Source of the DNA: Octopus sinensis
Lineage: Eukaryota
Direction of reading: 5' to 3'
NCBI RefSeq assembly: GCF_006345805.1
Contig: NC_042997.1
Coordinates: forward strand, 154,628,001-154,692,000
DNA length: 64,000 bases
The position numbers were made by a program, and so were the translations under genes. This document shows positions 1 to 11,910 of the stretch, piece by piece. The notes beneath the pieces are model-generated. The model was given only the letters and a program-made list of their open reading frames with translations, was not told the DNA's origin and ran no database searches. Position 1 is the first letter of the stretch. Each line of letters begins with the position of its first letter.

Positions 1-210
1 CTAAACGCAGAGAGGACAAAGAAGGACAGACAAAGGGATTAAGTCGATTATATCGACCCCAGTGCGTAACTGGTACTTATTTAATCGACCCCGAAGGGAT
101 GAAAGGCAAAGTCGACCTCGGCGGAATTTGAACTCAGAACGTAGCTGCAGACGAAATACCGCTAAGCATTTCGTCCAGCGTGCTAACGACCCTGCCAGCT
201 CGCCGCCTTA
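1..210 (-). mobile_element. tRNA-derived SINE, family A (head GGCGGCGAGCTGGCAG), truncated by window edge
   Basis: Reverse complement reads GGCGGCGAGCTGGCAG...TTCTGAGTTCAAATTCCGCCGAGGTCGAC with Pol III A/B-box-like motifs; many near-identical copies in the window. Resembles described octopus tRNA-SINEs (OK/OR type), exact family not verified. Confidence 0.85.
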
Positions 211-1385
211 AAACGTAGACAGATGAAATACCACTAAGCATTTCTCTACATAACCACAAGACCAGATAGAAATAGTAGACGAATTTCCGTCAAATTACAC
301 ACTGTTATTTTTAAAATGGACGCATTTGACTATGTAGGAAAACGGATGAATGATCATGATAGGAACCCCATTGTTTGTTGGTGTACTGGATATGAGGGCT
401 GATTCGAACCAAAATACCAACAGCCATTTCAGTAAGACAAGGAAATACCCTTTATAACCAACAAAATGTTGTCCATGAGTATGTTAGATTTAAATGTGAG
501 GAAAATGTCAGCAATGAGAGGCAATCTCAGCTTTGCTCAGTTCCGTGACAATTATTTCACATTACTTTTATAGTCCAAGTGCAAGTAATTATAAAAAAAA
601 AATATCTGGTGGACAAAAGAAGTAATGAGACTGAGGTGGCAAAAATGACTGAAATTGGAAATTTCATATCTGATTTCTGAGCTGACTTGCCATGTATATC
701 CAGCAACTACTACTTGCGTTTTACCTTCCTATGCGGAGTAAATCTACTAAATAAATTCAGATACGATGTCATCCATAAGAAGGGTTTCTCAGAGGTAATT
801 ATTGCAAATATTTACCCCAAATTTAAATATTTACATTCAAACTTCTGCTGAATGTAAACAGAATATTCTGCCATTTCCATTTGAGACAGAAAATAAGAAA
901 CATGTACTGTTACAGAGATGATTAAACAGCGATCAGATATGAGCATTTCCTGCGATCGTAATGGCCAACTGCTTCTTAGCTGATTATAAATTCATATTTA
1001 CACATTGGCTGACTTCATTGAGTAGCTAAGTATTTAATCAAGAATGATGAAATATCGAGGTTCTCAGGCAAATGCATTATCCTCTAACTTGGAGTTCAGT
1101 TCCCAAAAGAAACTACGTAAGAATATTTTTTATGAGTCAGCATGTAACCTTTTACTGTTTTTGTGATCTAAGTTCCAGCTCTAGAGCTTTGGTTCTCAGT
1201 TAAAACCTAATTCGTCTGAGTACCTTGATAAATTAATATGTATACCCCACAATAAGAATCAAATGACACATACCGTTTTCTTTTAATGGCTATCACCTTT
1301 TTTCGTCCGATGGTCATAGTTTAATAGATTTTGATCAAACGACTGTTCGAGAGGGACTGATTTGGAGCCAATTACCACTACCATT

Positions 1386-1618
1386 ACCTGTTTCTTTACT
1401 ACCCACAAGGGGCTAAACACAGAGGGGACAAACAAGGACAGACAAACGGATTAAGTCGATCATATCGACCCCAGTGCGTAACTTGTACTTATTTAATCGA
1501 CCCCGAAAGGATGAAAGGCAAAGTCTACCTCGGCGGAATTTGAACTCAGAACGTAGCGGCAGACGAAATACTGCTAAGCATTTCGCCCGGCGTGCTAACG
1601 TTTCCGCAAGCTCGCCAT
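1386..1618 (-). mobile_element. tRNA-derived SINE family A
   Basis: Near-complete copy matching 1-210, 7336-7580 and 41726-42110. Confidence 0.85.
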
Positions 1619-2349
1619 TACCAACAGCAATAACACTGTTTCCTTCAAAGATATCTTTTAATGAAGATTTAATAACCAAGTTTCGATCAACATCTCGAAA
1701 AATTCTGATACTAAAGATCTGAAGAAAACAAATCCAAACACTATCAATGACAAAAGCTACAAGTAGCTTGTTTATTATATTTCTTAAACATTCCAGGTGT
1801 TACAGTTTTTGTCGTTCATCTCACTGAGATTCCACATTCTCTGCATAACGAAAATTTTATGTTAAAGTCAATGCTCCCACTTCAGTGCTAAGATGAGAAT
1901 ACTTGAAGACTAAACAGCTGCTAAACCTTTAAGAGCTACAAAAATGAAAGGAACAACAGCGCAAGTAAGTGACAGAACAGAAAACTGTTGACACAGAATC
2001 GTCTACACAAACTCAAATGCTTCGATATATAAGCCCATTTAAGCAAAAGCTTTTATTTAGAATAAGTAATCCTACACTCCGTATCTTATAATAAATTGTT
2101 TGTCATGGAACTGTTCTTCTACTCTATTTTACAGTTACTAGAATAGCTTCTGCTCTTCTGAGTTCCCCAACTCTGTGCTATGTCTACCTATTTCATTCAC
2201 TTGTTTCTTCTCTTGTTCTTGTTAGATAAGAAATCTCACCGATAAAAAATATGTTGATTACTTTGTCGTTCTCATATGGTTTAGACTTGGATTTCATTGG
2301 TAGATACTAAACACAGAACACGTAACTACTGACTCAATGACAAAGCTTC

Positions 2350-2500
2350 AACGATCTGCTAGAAATAGTATTCAAAAATCGCACTCAAATCAACTCTTAT
2401 TATCATAAAAAAACAAACAAGCAGAACACATTGGATAAAATAGTCGTGGTTGCACTTCATTTGAGAGAAGACTGGGTGATCTTAGCTGGAATGTGTTTGA
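2350..2500 (+). repeat. Dispersed repeat family D (core CTAGAAATAGCAGCCAAATCTCC), degenerate copy
   Basis: Related motifs recur near 5980, 18780, 19730, 32895-33070 (minus), 37020 and 37230. Confidence 0.5.
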
Positions 2501-2667
2501 ACCTCTGCCCAGTCAGAGCTCGCTCGCGTCTAAGCAGCAACACTAGAATGGACCAGCAACGTTAAGTATAAATGACTGAAGTCAAATGCGCTAAAAATTA
2601 CATTCAGTAGTAATATTGACAGTTGTGTATCAGAAGGTAATATATAAATGCACCATGCATTACATCT

Positions 2668-2668
2668 C

Positions 2669-2707
<39 letters not shown>

Positions 2708-2755
2708 GGTGGTGGTGGTGGTGGTGGTGGTGGTAGTAGTAGTAGTAGTAATAGT

Positions 2756-2800
<45 letters not shown>

Positions 2801-2825
2801 TTAGTAGTAGTAGTAGTAGTAGCGC

Positions 2826-2898
<73 letters not shown>

Positions 2899-2900
2899 AG
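2668..2900. repeat. Compound trinucleotide microsatellite (GTA/GTG/GCA)n
   Basis: Direct reading; explains the poly-V/A/S/G ORFs 2616-2804 and 2648-2917. Confidence 0.95.
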
Positions 2901-3141
2901 TTAGCGACTTGAACTAATCAAACACTATTGCCAGCATGGCCGCAGTCTAATGCCTGAAACAGCTAGAAGATAAAACATAAAGGAGTTATGCTTTGGGAAG
3001 TATGAAATTGCGCTAATTCATACAGGCTTTGGTAAAGAGACAGGAGTGAAAAAAATTGGAAGGGTATAAGGATGAATATGCGAGAACTTGAACTATAGGG
3101 AGAGAAGGAACGTTGATCGAGCCAAGTTTTGGGGAGATCAA

Positions 3142-3514
3142 TCTCTCTCTATATAAACGGCAGTTTGTCTGTGTGTGTTTCTGTGTGTCTGTTTGGTTGT
3201 ACTCTCACCCTGACCACTGCTTTCAACCGATTCTGATGAAACTTGACACACACATAGCCCAATGTCATAATTCAAAACTAACGCAGCGAAAATTTTGAAA
3301 AGTTCCCCCAGTTCTGAAAAAAATCGATAAATTCGACATGGGGTCGAGAATCAGAAACACAAACCACAGACTGTCTAGGGGACGCAACTCGACCTTTTTT
3401 AACTCTCGAAAAAAATTTACCATCATTTTTTTTTCCATTTTTTTGCTATTTTTTGGCTATAACTCTCTAAAAATGCTTTATACAAACCTGAGCAACGCCG
3501 GGCGATACTGCTAG
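3142..3514 (+). mobile_element. Non-autonomous Helitron
   Basis: 5' A|TC...TATATAAACGGCAG and 3' GAGCAACGCCGGGCGATACTGCTAG|T: TC and CTAG termini inserted in an AT dinucleotide, with a GC-rich subterminal motif, the standard Helitron signature. Confidence 0.75.
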
Positions 3515-4003
3515 TATTGGGATAAAAGCGGATGGGTGATTAAGTGAAAAATATGGGGAAGATTGGGTAATAGAGATAGATGGTGAAATGGGTGGGGCTA
3601 ATTGGTACAGTTGTATGAGGTACAATGGTCGTCGTTTGGTACAAGCATATTATATGCTAAATAATGTGTGAGTTTGGGAATCGACTAGTAAAAAATACTA
3701 AAATGGGATTTGATCCAGATACGACCAAGGGGCTGGTAAGGAACATCAAGAGATGGGTGGGCTTGTTGGTGTTGTTGTCGTTCTTGTTGATTGTGGTGGT
3801 GGTCACTATATTGTTAGGAGTAAAATATTATTTCGTACGCTATGTACGAAGTGACTTCAGTTTTAAGTATAATGAATTAAAGTGAATATAAATAAATAAA
3901 ACATGGAGACTTAAAGAAGCGGGAATGTAACATGTTGACAATACAACAATATATAAATGTATACATACATACACACACAGATATATATATATATATATAT
4001 ATG

Positions 4004-4052
4004 ATTGATTCTAGTTTCAGCTCATGAGCTGTGGCCATGCTGGGGCACCGCC
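4004..4052 (-). mobile_element. Isolated SINE 3' tail (GGCGGTGCCCCAGCATGGCCACAGC...GAAAC)
   Basis: Same tail as 22117-22225 and closely related to the family B 3' end. Confidence 0.65.
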
Positions 4053-4072
4053 ATATACATACGTATGTATGT

Positions 4073-4508
<436 letters not shown>

Positions 4509-5439
4509 TTGAAAAAGGAATAGAAATGACTTTTCTGATCATTTTTCCACTTTAATAATTAGATGTTTATTAGTGGAAAAATTATCAGAAAAGCCATTCC
4601 TATTCATTTTTTTTCATATATATATATATTATATAGGCGCGCAAATGCAAACAGGAAAAATATAACTGAGTATATGTGCATTTTTGTTATATATATATAT
4701 ATATGATAGATAAAAGTTTGGGTATTAATTTGGCACTCAGAGAAATAGGCATTATCATAACGTTTTAGTTGAGGCCTTTCATTAAGCGCGAAGGAGTAGA
4801 ACAAACGAGGAAGAGAAGCAAAAAATGTAATAAAAGGAAAACGTTATGAGGGAGGAAAAATCCATACGCCAGCGTTAGTTACGCCATATTGGAAATGACT
4901 GAAAGAGAGGTGAAAACCTAGTTTCAAATGCAAAAGCGGAAAGTTAAACGTAGAATGTGTAGTTTATGTATGTATGCATGCATGTAGCTATTTTGAACAT
5001 TAAGATTGTATTTGTTAACATGTGTGTTTTGGGGTATGTGTGTGCGTGTGCTTGTTAATTGTGTTTTTCGAATGTGTGCTGTAACAGAGGATGTGAGTAA
5101 TGTGTGTAGAAGTTGTTTGTATAAGTGCTCATGGGTTGTGTGAATGCATGTTTGTAGTTGTTGTTGTCGTCGTCGTTGTTGTTGTTGTTATTGCTGTTGT
5201 TGTTGTTATTGCTGTTGTTGTTTTTTGTGTGTATGTGTGTATAAGTTTGCTTGTCTTGAGTGTGTGTGTTCACGTTCAGTGAAATATATTTGCAGGTATC
5301 TATTTTTTGTCTTTTTTGGCGGGGTATTCACACAGCTCCACAACACAACACATGAACACGTATACAAACAACATCTACACGCGTTCCACAGTATATGTTG
5401 TACTGGAGGATGGATAAGAAGTGATAAAGGATCAGCTGA

Positions 5440-5470
<31 letters not shown>

Positions 5471-6459
5471 TTATAGGTGTTCGCTATGTGCGTATGTTGC
5501 GTGGTGTGCACATGTATTTATGTCTATATGCGTGCGTATTTATAGCTGTTTGGACGTTGTGTGTCTGCGCTTGTTATATTTCATACATACACACGTACAC
5601 ATTTATACACATATGTATGTTTGTATGTATGTATGTATGTATGTATGTATGCATGCATGTATGTATGTGCGTGCGTGTATGTATGTATGTATGTATGTAT
5701 GTATGTATGTATGTATGTATGTATGTATGCATGCATGTATGTATGTGCGTGCGTGTATGTGTATTTATGTGTGCATGTTTGCATTACTCAATATTTTCAG
5801 AGAGGAAATACAGAAGATTATAGAGAGATATTTTGAAATCACGCCATATTTTAGATACTGTCGACATACTCTTTCTCAAAGAAAAGCAGCAGCAGCAGCC
5901 TAACATCCGCTGCCACATCAGCACCCCAGCTGCAATCAACTGACGGAAACTAACCAACATGAGCCTCTATACGGTGGCTCAATCACGTAGATAACGTGTT
6001 AGAAATAGAAGTGAAAAATTTCTCAAATGGTACTTAATAACCTTATAAATGTTAAGATCACATTGGACAATGCTGTCGTAGATGTACAAAAGATATACAA
6101 ATGCAGGATGGTCCAGGGTGAGATGCTTTACATTATATGTGTATATGATTAGAGGCTGGCTTTGGGCTGAGCAATAACAACAATAGCAATCCAAACAGCA
6201 AATGCAGCGGTAACAGCGACAATGACAACAGCAGTGAGCAGCAAACTTAGAGCAAGGGAATTATGAAATATCCTCCTATTCTTCAAATAAATTGATACAA
6301 TGTAAAATCAAGGTAGATGAGCCAGCGAGGGAATTTCTACAAAGTCCAGCTAAAAGCAGTAGCCAAATTTATCCCCTCACACGCACTCTATTTGTATCTT
6401 TTTGTTTTGTTTTTAAAGAAAGAATACTGTCTTTAACAAAAAGTGATGGGTGGTCTTAC

Positions 6460-6507
6460 TTTGAACGCTTTTGGCCGCACGTCCACTCGCTTGAAGTTGA
6501 AATGAGG
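6460..6507 (-). CDS. Candidate 48-nt exon, unknown gene
   Basis: Minus strand CTCTCATATTTGCTATTTAG|CCTCAT...TTCAAA|GTAAGA; GC-richer than flanks; all three frames open (phase 0 gives PHFNFKRVDVRPKAFK). No homology recognised. Confidence 0.25.
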
Positions 6508-6769
6508 CTAAATAGCAAATATGAGAGCAGCATAAAGTGAGTAGTCGTGTGGCTAAGGCGATGGCTACTTTATAGTTTATATCAATTGCATATAGTTGAT
6601 ATGTTTTTCAAGCAGGCCTAAGTACAAAGATGTTCCAGTATTTTCGTATGACTCGGACTAAAAAGCCCAATATCTTCCTCTTACAATAATAGTGCATCGT
6701 TGGAAGGGCTTGTGATTGTCATTTCTAACAGATCAAACAGATCAATGCGTTCTATAATAGATAGAACAC

Positions 6770-6966
6770 ATCGATTTCAAACTTTAGCACAAAGCCAGCA
6801 ATTTCAGAGTAAGTCAATTACATCGGCTCCAGTGATCAACTGGTACTTATGTTATCGACCGCGAAAGGGATGGAATGCAAAGTCAACCCCGGCGGAACGT
6901 AAAGTCAGAAGAAATGCCGCTAAGTATTTTGTCCTGCGCGCTAACGATTCTGCTAGCTGGCCGCCT
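6770..6966 (-). mobile_element. SINE family A, degenerate
   Basis: Diverged match to family A. Confidence 0.7.
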
Positions 6967-7335
6967 AAAAATATAGAAAACATTAGCATCAGATTCTTTG
7001 GCTTGTAACTCATAAGGAATATAAATAGAAGTTATAGCCATTTATACCTCATTCATTAGACGGAATTAATAATGTTAGTCAAATGTAATTCGAAGTTATC
7101 GTAGATTAATTAATTATTTGGAGGTAAATAGACGAAAGAAACACTTAGAAGCAAGGTTTTCGTAATAAATCCATGGTGAACAAGAAGAGAGTTAGTATGA
7201 TCGCTAGGAAATTAAATATATGGATATTGGGAAGATGGTATGTGAGCGGGTGTGTATGTATTATGTAATATAAATACACATATACACGTACACACATAAA
7301 CGCACAAATATATATGTATACCTGCATGTATGTAT

Positions 7336-7580
7336 GTACGTATTTATGTGTATACCTATTTCTTTACTACCCACAAGGGGCTAAACTCAAAGAGGACAGA
7401 CAAACGGATTAAAATCGATTATATCGACCCCAGTGCGTAACTGGTACTTATTTAATCGACCCCGAAAGGGATGAAAGGCAAAGTCGACCTCGGCGGAATT
7501 TGAACTCGGAACGTAACGGCAGACGAAATACGGCTACGCATTTCGCCCGGCGTGCTAACGTTTCTGCCAGCTCGCCGCCT
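7336..7580 (-). mobile_element. SINE family A
   Basis: Near-complete copy ending at the multimer junction AAAGAAATAGGTAT. Confidence 0.85.
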
Positions 7581-7641
7581 TCATGTATGCGTATACCTTC
7601 AGTTTCTTTTCATTCATTAGTATTCTCCTTTGAAGAAGCAC

Positions 7642-7700
<59 letters not shown>

Positions 7701-7906
7701 TGTGTGCGTGCGCGCGCTTGTGTATGGGTGTGCGTGTTAACTTGTTGATAGAGTCAGTAAAAAATTTTAAACCATACAGGAGATAAATATAATCAAATGA
7801 ACAACAGTGATGATACTTGAGTTACTTCACGTTTCATAATTGAACAAGTATAGTCATCGGATAGGACATGGGTGGGCCCAAGTCATTTATCAAATTATCA
7901 ATATAT

Positions 7907-7964
<58 letters not shown>

Positions 7965-8007
7965 ATATATACCTATGTTTTGAGTTCTATGTTTTCTGTT
8001 TGCATCA

Positions 8008-8050
8008 CCAAACTTGATAAGTGTTAATGCACGAAACTCTCGGTCATTGA
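8008..8050 (+). other. Decayed minimal hammerhead-ribozyme-like motif (Penelope-type terminus)
   Basis: CCAAAC-TTGATAA-GTGT TAAT GCAC-GAAAC-TCTCG-GTC-ATTG: stem II, GAAAC and GUC present; CUGAUGA core and stem I mutated. Confidence 0.35.
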
Positions 8051-8140
8051 ATCACTCAGTTGTTTCTACTACATATATATATATATATGTGTGGTGTGTG
8101 TGTGTGTGTGCGCGCGCGCGCGCGTGCGCGCACACACTCA

Positions 8141-8975
8141 CAGGGTGCGATGGGTAAATCGTTTTATATTTTTAATTTCGCGCACGCGCATTGTTTGTTT
8201 TTGATTTTGTCGACTACATCATTATAGTAGGGTCAGTTGGGCACCGTCTGAAAAAAAAACAGCATCGTGACGCAAATCACTCTGCCAGAAATTTGGAAAC
8301 GTCATGCTGTCCTGCCTGGCATTCGCGTCGGAAGCTCCAATGCGAACATTTCACAGTGTGTGTGTGTCAATCTGAGGACTGCAATTTGAGAACATATACT
8401 GAGAATGATAAAAATCAAACATCATGGTGCTTGGAGTGATCACTAGTGATGACGACGTTATGCTTTCGTTCATCTTCCCACACGGCTTCAGACTCAATAC
8501 GGAGGCCTACATCAAATGCCTGGGGGAGGTAGTGCTGCCCTGAGTCAAAAGTGTGGTTGCTGAAAGACCCTATGTCTGACAACAGGACTCTGCACCATGC
8601 CACACAAGAAGGAGAACCCAGTCATGGCTGTCAGACAATTTCTGCGACCACATTACCCTAAACATATGGCCACCTAACTCCCCAGACTGCAACGCCCTTG
8701 ATAATTATGTGTGGGCGCAGTTGAGCGGGAGACCAGCAAATTTTGAAACACCAAAGATGAACTGAAGACAAGGGTTATGGCAGCATTCACCAACTTAAAC
8801 AAAGAGACCGTCCTGAAGAGTTGCAGATTTCGAAGTTGTCTGGAGGTCATGGTTGAAGCCAATGGCAATTTTATTGAATAAATTTACTCTTTAATATTTC
8901 AAGATATTTTTAATGTAATTTTGGTAAATATATTTGTTAAGATGAGATGTCAGTGTTATTTTCAATTTTGCGTAA
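8141..8975 (+). mobile_element. Internally deleted DD37D (maT-type) Tc1/mariner transposon, pseudogene
   Basis: Translation with stops/frameshifts: NIMVLGVITSDDDVM...QQDSAPCHTRRRTQSWLSDNFCDHITLNIWPPNSPDCNALD (37 residues between the last two D) ...MVEANGNFIE*; N-terminal HTH remnant near 8255; 3' TIR not found. Confidence 0.9.
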
Positions 8976-9079
8976 TATATACAATATATATCTGTATATA
9001 CAATATATATCTGTATCAGCATCAAGTAGACAGACGTTTTATTCCAACCAAATGCTGATACAGAGCATACTCAAGATTC

Positions 9080-9830
9080 AAATGTGATGATTGACAACAA
9101 GCCACTCTAATGGGTCATGTCATTTAAATATCTTGGAAGTACAGTAAACTTTGAGAGTACAGTAAACTTTGAGAATATCTAAGGCTACAAGTGCTTTTCG
9201 AAAATTTTCTCATCCTTTGTTTGATGAACACGGTGTCAGTCTGAAAACTAAAACAAGTGTATACAAAACTTGTATTTTGAGCACACTTTTGTATAAGGCA
9301 GAAGCATAGACTGTCTAATACAGACATAGAAAGTAACTTGAAACATTTCACAGGTGCTGTCTGCGCAATATCTGCAACATAAAATAGAAAGATAAGATAT
9401 CAAATGCCAAAATCTTAGAAGAATGTGGCATCTCCAATAACAAAACATTACTGCTGAGAATTCACTGCAGGTGGATAGGACATGTTGCTCCAATAAAAGA
9501 TGGGTGCATCCCCAAAATTCTTTTGTATGACCAACAAATACCGCATAAAAGAAGACCCGTCCTTGGGTACAAGGGTAACTTGAAGTAATCTACAGTTTAA
9601 TTTTAACATTTTGGGAAATTTATAGCCTAGATCGATCTGCAGGGCATAAAATATGTCATGGTGCATCAAAACAATTTGGTTTGAAGAAACAGAACAATAA
9701 AAGAAATATATCTTGCAATCAACAGACACATTTGTCCAATCCCAGGCAAAATCAAAACCATCAGTGTTCCTATGGTGACTTCATAGCAAAATCCATACTT
9801 CGGCTCAAATAACGTTCACGCATCCATCGC
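9080..9830 (+). pseudogene. RTE-clade LINE reverse transcriptase C-terminal fragment
   Basis: SFKYLGSTV, RISKATSAF, KTSVYKTCILSTLLY, LETFHRCCLRNI, RWIGHV, IPKILLY motifs with several stops; degenerate zinc finger near 9770-9825. Confidence 0.9.
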
Positions 9831-9866
9831 AGATAGATGCAGCTTCTTTTATTTTCAAATTTATTT

Positions 9867-9959
<93 letters not shown>

Positions 9960-10157
9960 CTCTTAAACCCTCTCCATCAAATATTCTTATGTTGAAATCA
10001 ACAGGAATGATCGCCATATATATGTGGGGGGGGGGGTGAGTGTGTATACACACATGCATATGTATACAATTGTGTGTGTGTATGTATGTTATGTCAAAAA
10101 ACGCTGTGTATAGAGGAAGGAGAGAAGAGTAAAGTCAATACAAAGTCGATTGTTATA

Positions 10158-10163
10158 TTTATT
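10158..10163 (-). terminator. Candidate polyadenylation signal AATAAA
   Basis: About 70 nt downstream of the TAG of the candidate terminal exon, followed by a U/GU-rich tract on the minus strand. Confidence 0.3.
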
Positions 10164-10230
10164 AGACGCTACAATCGTCGATGCTCCGAGTTCCATGTTT
10201 CCAGACTTAGGACAACAATAAAGATCAGAG

Positions 10231-10351
10231 CTAAAAATGGCCGAATTTTAAAACGCTTGAAAGCCAAGGAGTGATGGAGATTGATGTTCCGCAAGATTGG
10301 TGGCTTATCAACATCACGTGCCCGAGCCGAATCGAAGGCGAACTGAAATAC
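10231..10351 (-). CDS. Candidate terminal coding exon (YFSSPSIRLGHVMLISHQSCGTSISITPWLSSVLKFGHF*)
   Basis: Starts at the first AG after a 128-nt AG-free zone (10354-10481, minus strand) that contains a pyrimidine tract; phase 2 matches the upstream 72-nt exon; 39 open codons then TAG. Confidence 0.4.
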
Positions 10352-10500
10352 CTGTCCATTGACAGTATGCAAGATAGTGTAAAAACCATTTATGATATAC
10401 CCCGACGATGCATACATAGGAATAAATAGAAATACAAATCAGAAACAGCGTGAGTGTCGTAAACATTATCGAACATACGTACTCAATTTATGTAATTTTC

Positions 10501-10679
10501 TTGTTCACCAGTAGACTGCGAGTTGACAGGGTGGAGATGACCCTCTCAAAGCGCCGTGTATTAATACACCGGATTTGGTTTGAGTTGTCTCACCTGTCTA
10601 TGACTTTCAGGTGCTCTAACACCCGGCGGTTTAAGATAGTCATCTCCTCCACGTCAAACCGCAGCCTGCCGGTGAACAA
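10501..10679 (-). other. Long imperfect RNA hairpin (70-bp ungapped stem, 39-nt loop)
   Basis: 10501-10570 versus reverse complement of 10610-10679: 53/70 Watson-Crick by hand count; 9 further positions are G-U on the minus strand, only 1 on the plus strand. Confidence 0.8.
10594..10665 (-). CDS. Candidate 72-nt symmetric (phase 2-2) coding exon, LRFDVEEMTILNRRVLEHLKVID
   Basis: CAG|GCTGCGG...GACAG|GTGAGA; only one of three frames is open; length is a multiple of 3. Confidence 0.5.
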
Positions 10680-10727
10680 TCAGTTATCATACATTGAGAA
10701 TATGTTTTGCTTGTCTTTGCATGTATA

Positions 10728-10768
<41 letters not shown>

Positions 10769-11183
10769 GTATACATGCCTGGTTAAGCTATCTATGGCAA
10801 AATCTAGGATATATTTCATTACTAGTTTAACCGTAGGATAAATTTCACCTGTATAATGGATTAGAAAACGTAATAAGCTCTACTATACTTTAATGTAATA
10901 ACGAAATGAGGAAATTTAATATGCACGAGAGAGATGAATTTTTTTTTCCACTGGACATAGGAAGATTATAATTTGTCGCCGGCAAAACTAAAAGAATCAT
11001 ATTCCCAGTCATTAAGTGAAAATCACCCTTCCAAACACGTATGAACATATACAAGGACAAATACAAATCTATACAAACATCTGTCTGTATACATACACAT
11101 ACATACATACATGCATGCATACATGCATACATACACACATACACACACACATACATACATACATACATACATACATACATACA

Positions 11184-11210
<27 letters not shown>

Positions 11211-11216
<6 letters not shown>

Positions 11217-11342
11217 CTCCCGATGGTCGTCCCTTGTCTTCGTTGAAGAGTTTGTATGTTCCAATGATTCCGAGAGCGTTGCCGTCTGGAATCTTAAACT
11301 CCTGGTAGGGCCACCCATGGCGGCAAGATCGAGGATGAAGTC
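11211..11342 (-). mobile_element. Short RTE-like LINE 3' end
   Basis: Minus strand ends ...AAACTCTTCAACGAAGACAAGGGACGACCATC...(TATG)n, similar in layout to the RTE 3' ends at 11880 and 30120. Confidence 0.45.
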
Positions 11343-11910
11343 CCAAACTAAACACGGCATAACGACTACTATGTAGTCACTTGGAATGGATTCAAAAGAC
11401 ATAGAAACCCTTGCTTCGGATCGAGTTATAGATTGTGTAGATTGAAGTGAAAGCATTTGAAGAGGCCAGGATAACGCATGTAAGACTCAAAAGAAATCTA
11501 AGCAAGAATGTAACGATCGAGAAGGTGAATGACAGTGACCTTTTTGTGTGCACAGTCTGTGACAGACCATGTCTATATTTTGCTGGGCTCAAATTTCATC
11601 TGCGAACGCATGGAAAACGAACTTCCAGCAACTATTCTATCTGTATGTTTGTGCACACCCTTGAATGCAGTGTATGCCAAAGGTTTGCAAATCCAACGGA
11701 GGCCTCAAAAGACATTTTAAGATCCACAAAGATCATAACTTAAATGCAGCTCTTGGTGGTCCAAATCGGATGTGCAATCTGTGTGGGTGTCTTTTCAGAA
11801 CATTTTCTGGTTTAAAAAGCCACTGATGTGGCTTTTTAAACCAGAAAATGATGGTGCTAAAGTGTAGGTACACGAGGTAGTCAAACTCTGCATAAGAAGT
11901 AGACAACCAC
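11343..11910 (+). pseudogene. RTE LINE ORF C-terminus with three C2H2-like zinc fingers and 3' UTR
   Basis: GMDSKDIETLASDR..VKAFEEARITH, then CTVCDRPC..AGLKFHLRTH, CSVCQR.CKSNGGLKRHFKIH (frameshift), CNLCGCLFRTFSGLKSH; ends in a (TATG)n tail. Confidence 0.8.

Noticed and set aside
1474-1722. Recurrent ORF text RPRKDERQSRPRRNLNSERSGRRNTAKHF (also 7500, 25804, 41689)
   Set aside because: Antisense reading of SINE family A, not a gene family.
3233-3239. CTGATGA hammerhead core
   Set aside because: Followed immediately by AAC with no stem II or cleavage triplet; part of a Helitron internal motif.
10169-10417. Minus ORF read as a degenerate Tc1 catalytic region (VFQFAFDSARA...)
   Set aside because: No convincing WP..SPDL motif or TIRs; a different frame with splice support explains the region better.
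11447-11743. C2H2 zinc-finger ORF as a host ZNF gene
   Set aside because: Frameshifted, preceded by RTE ORF motifs and followed by an RTE 3' end and tail; no TGEKP-type linkers.
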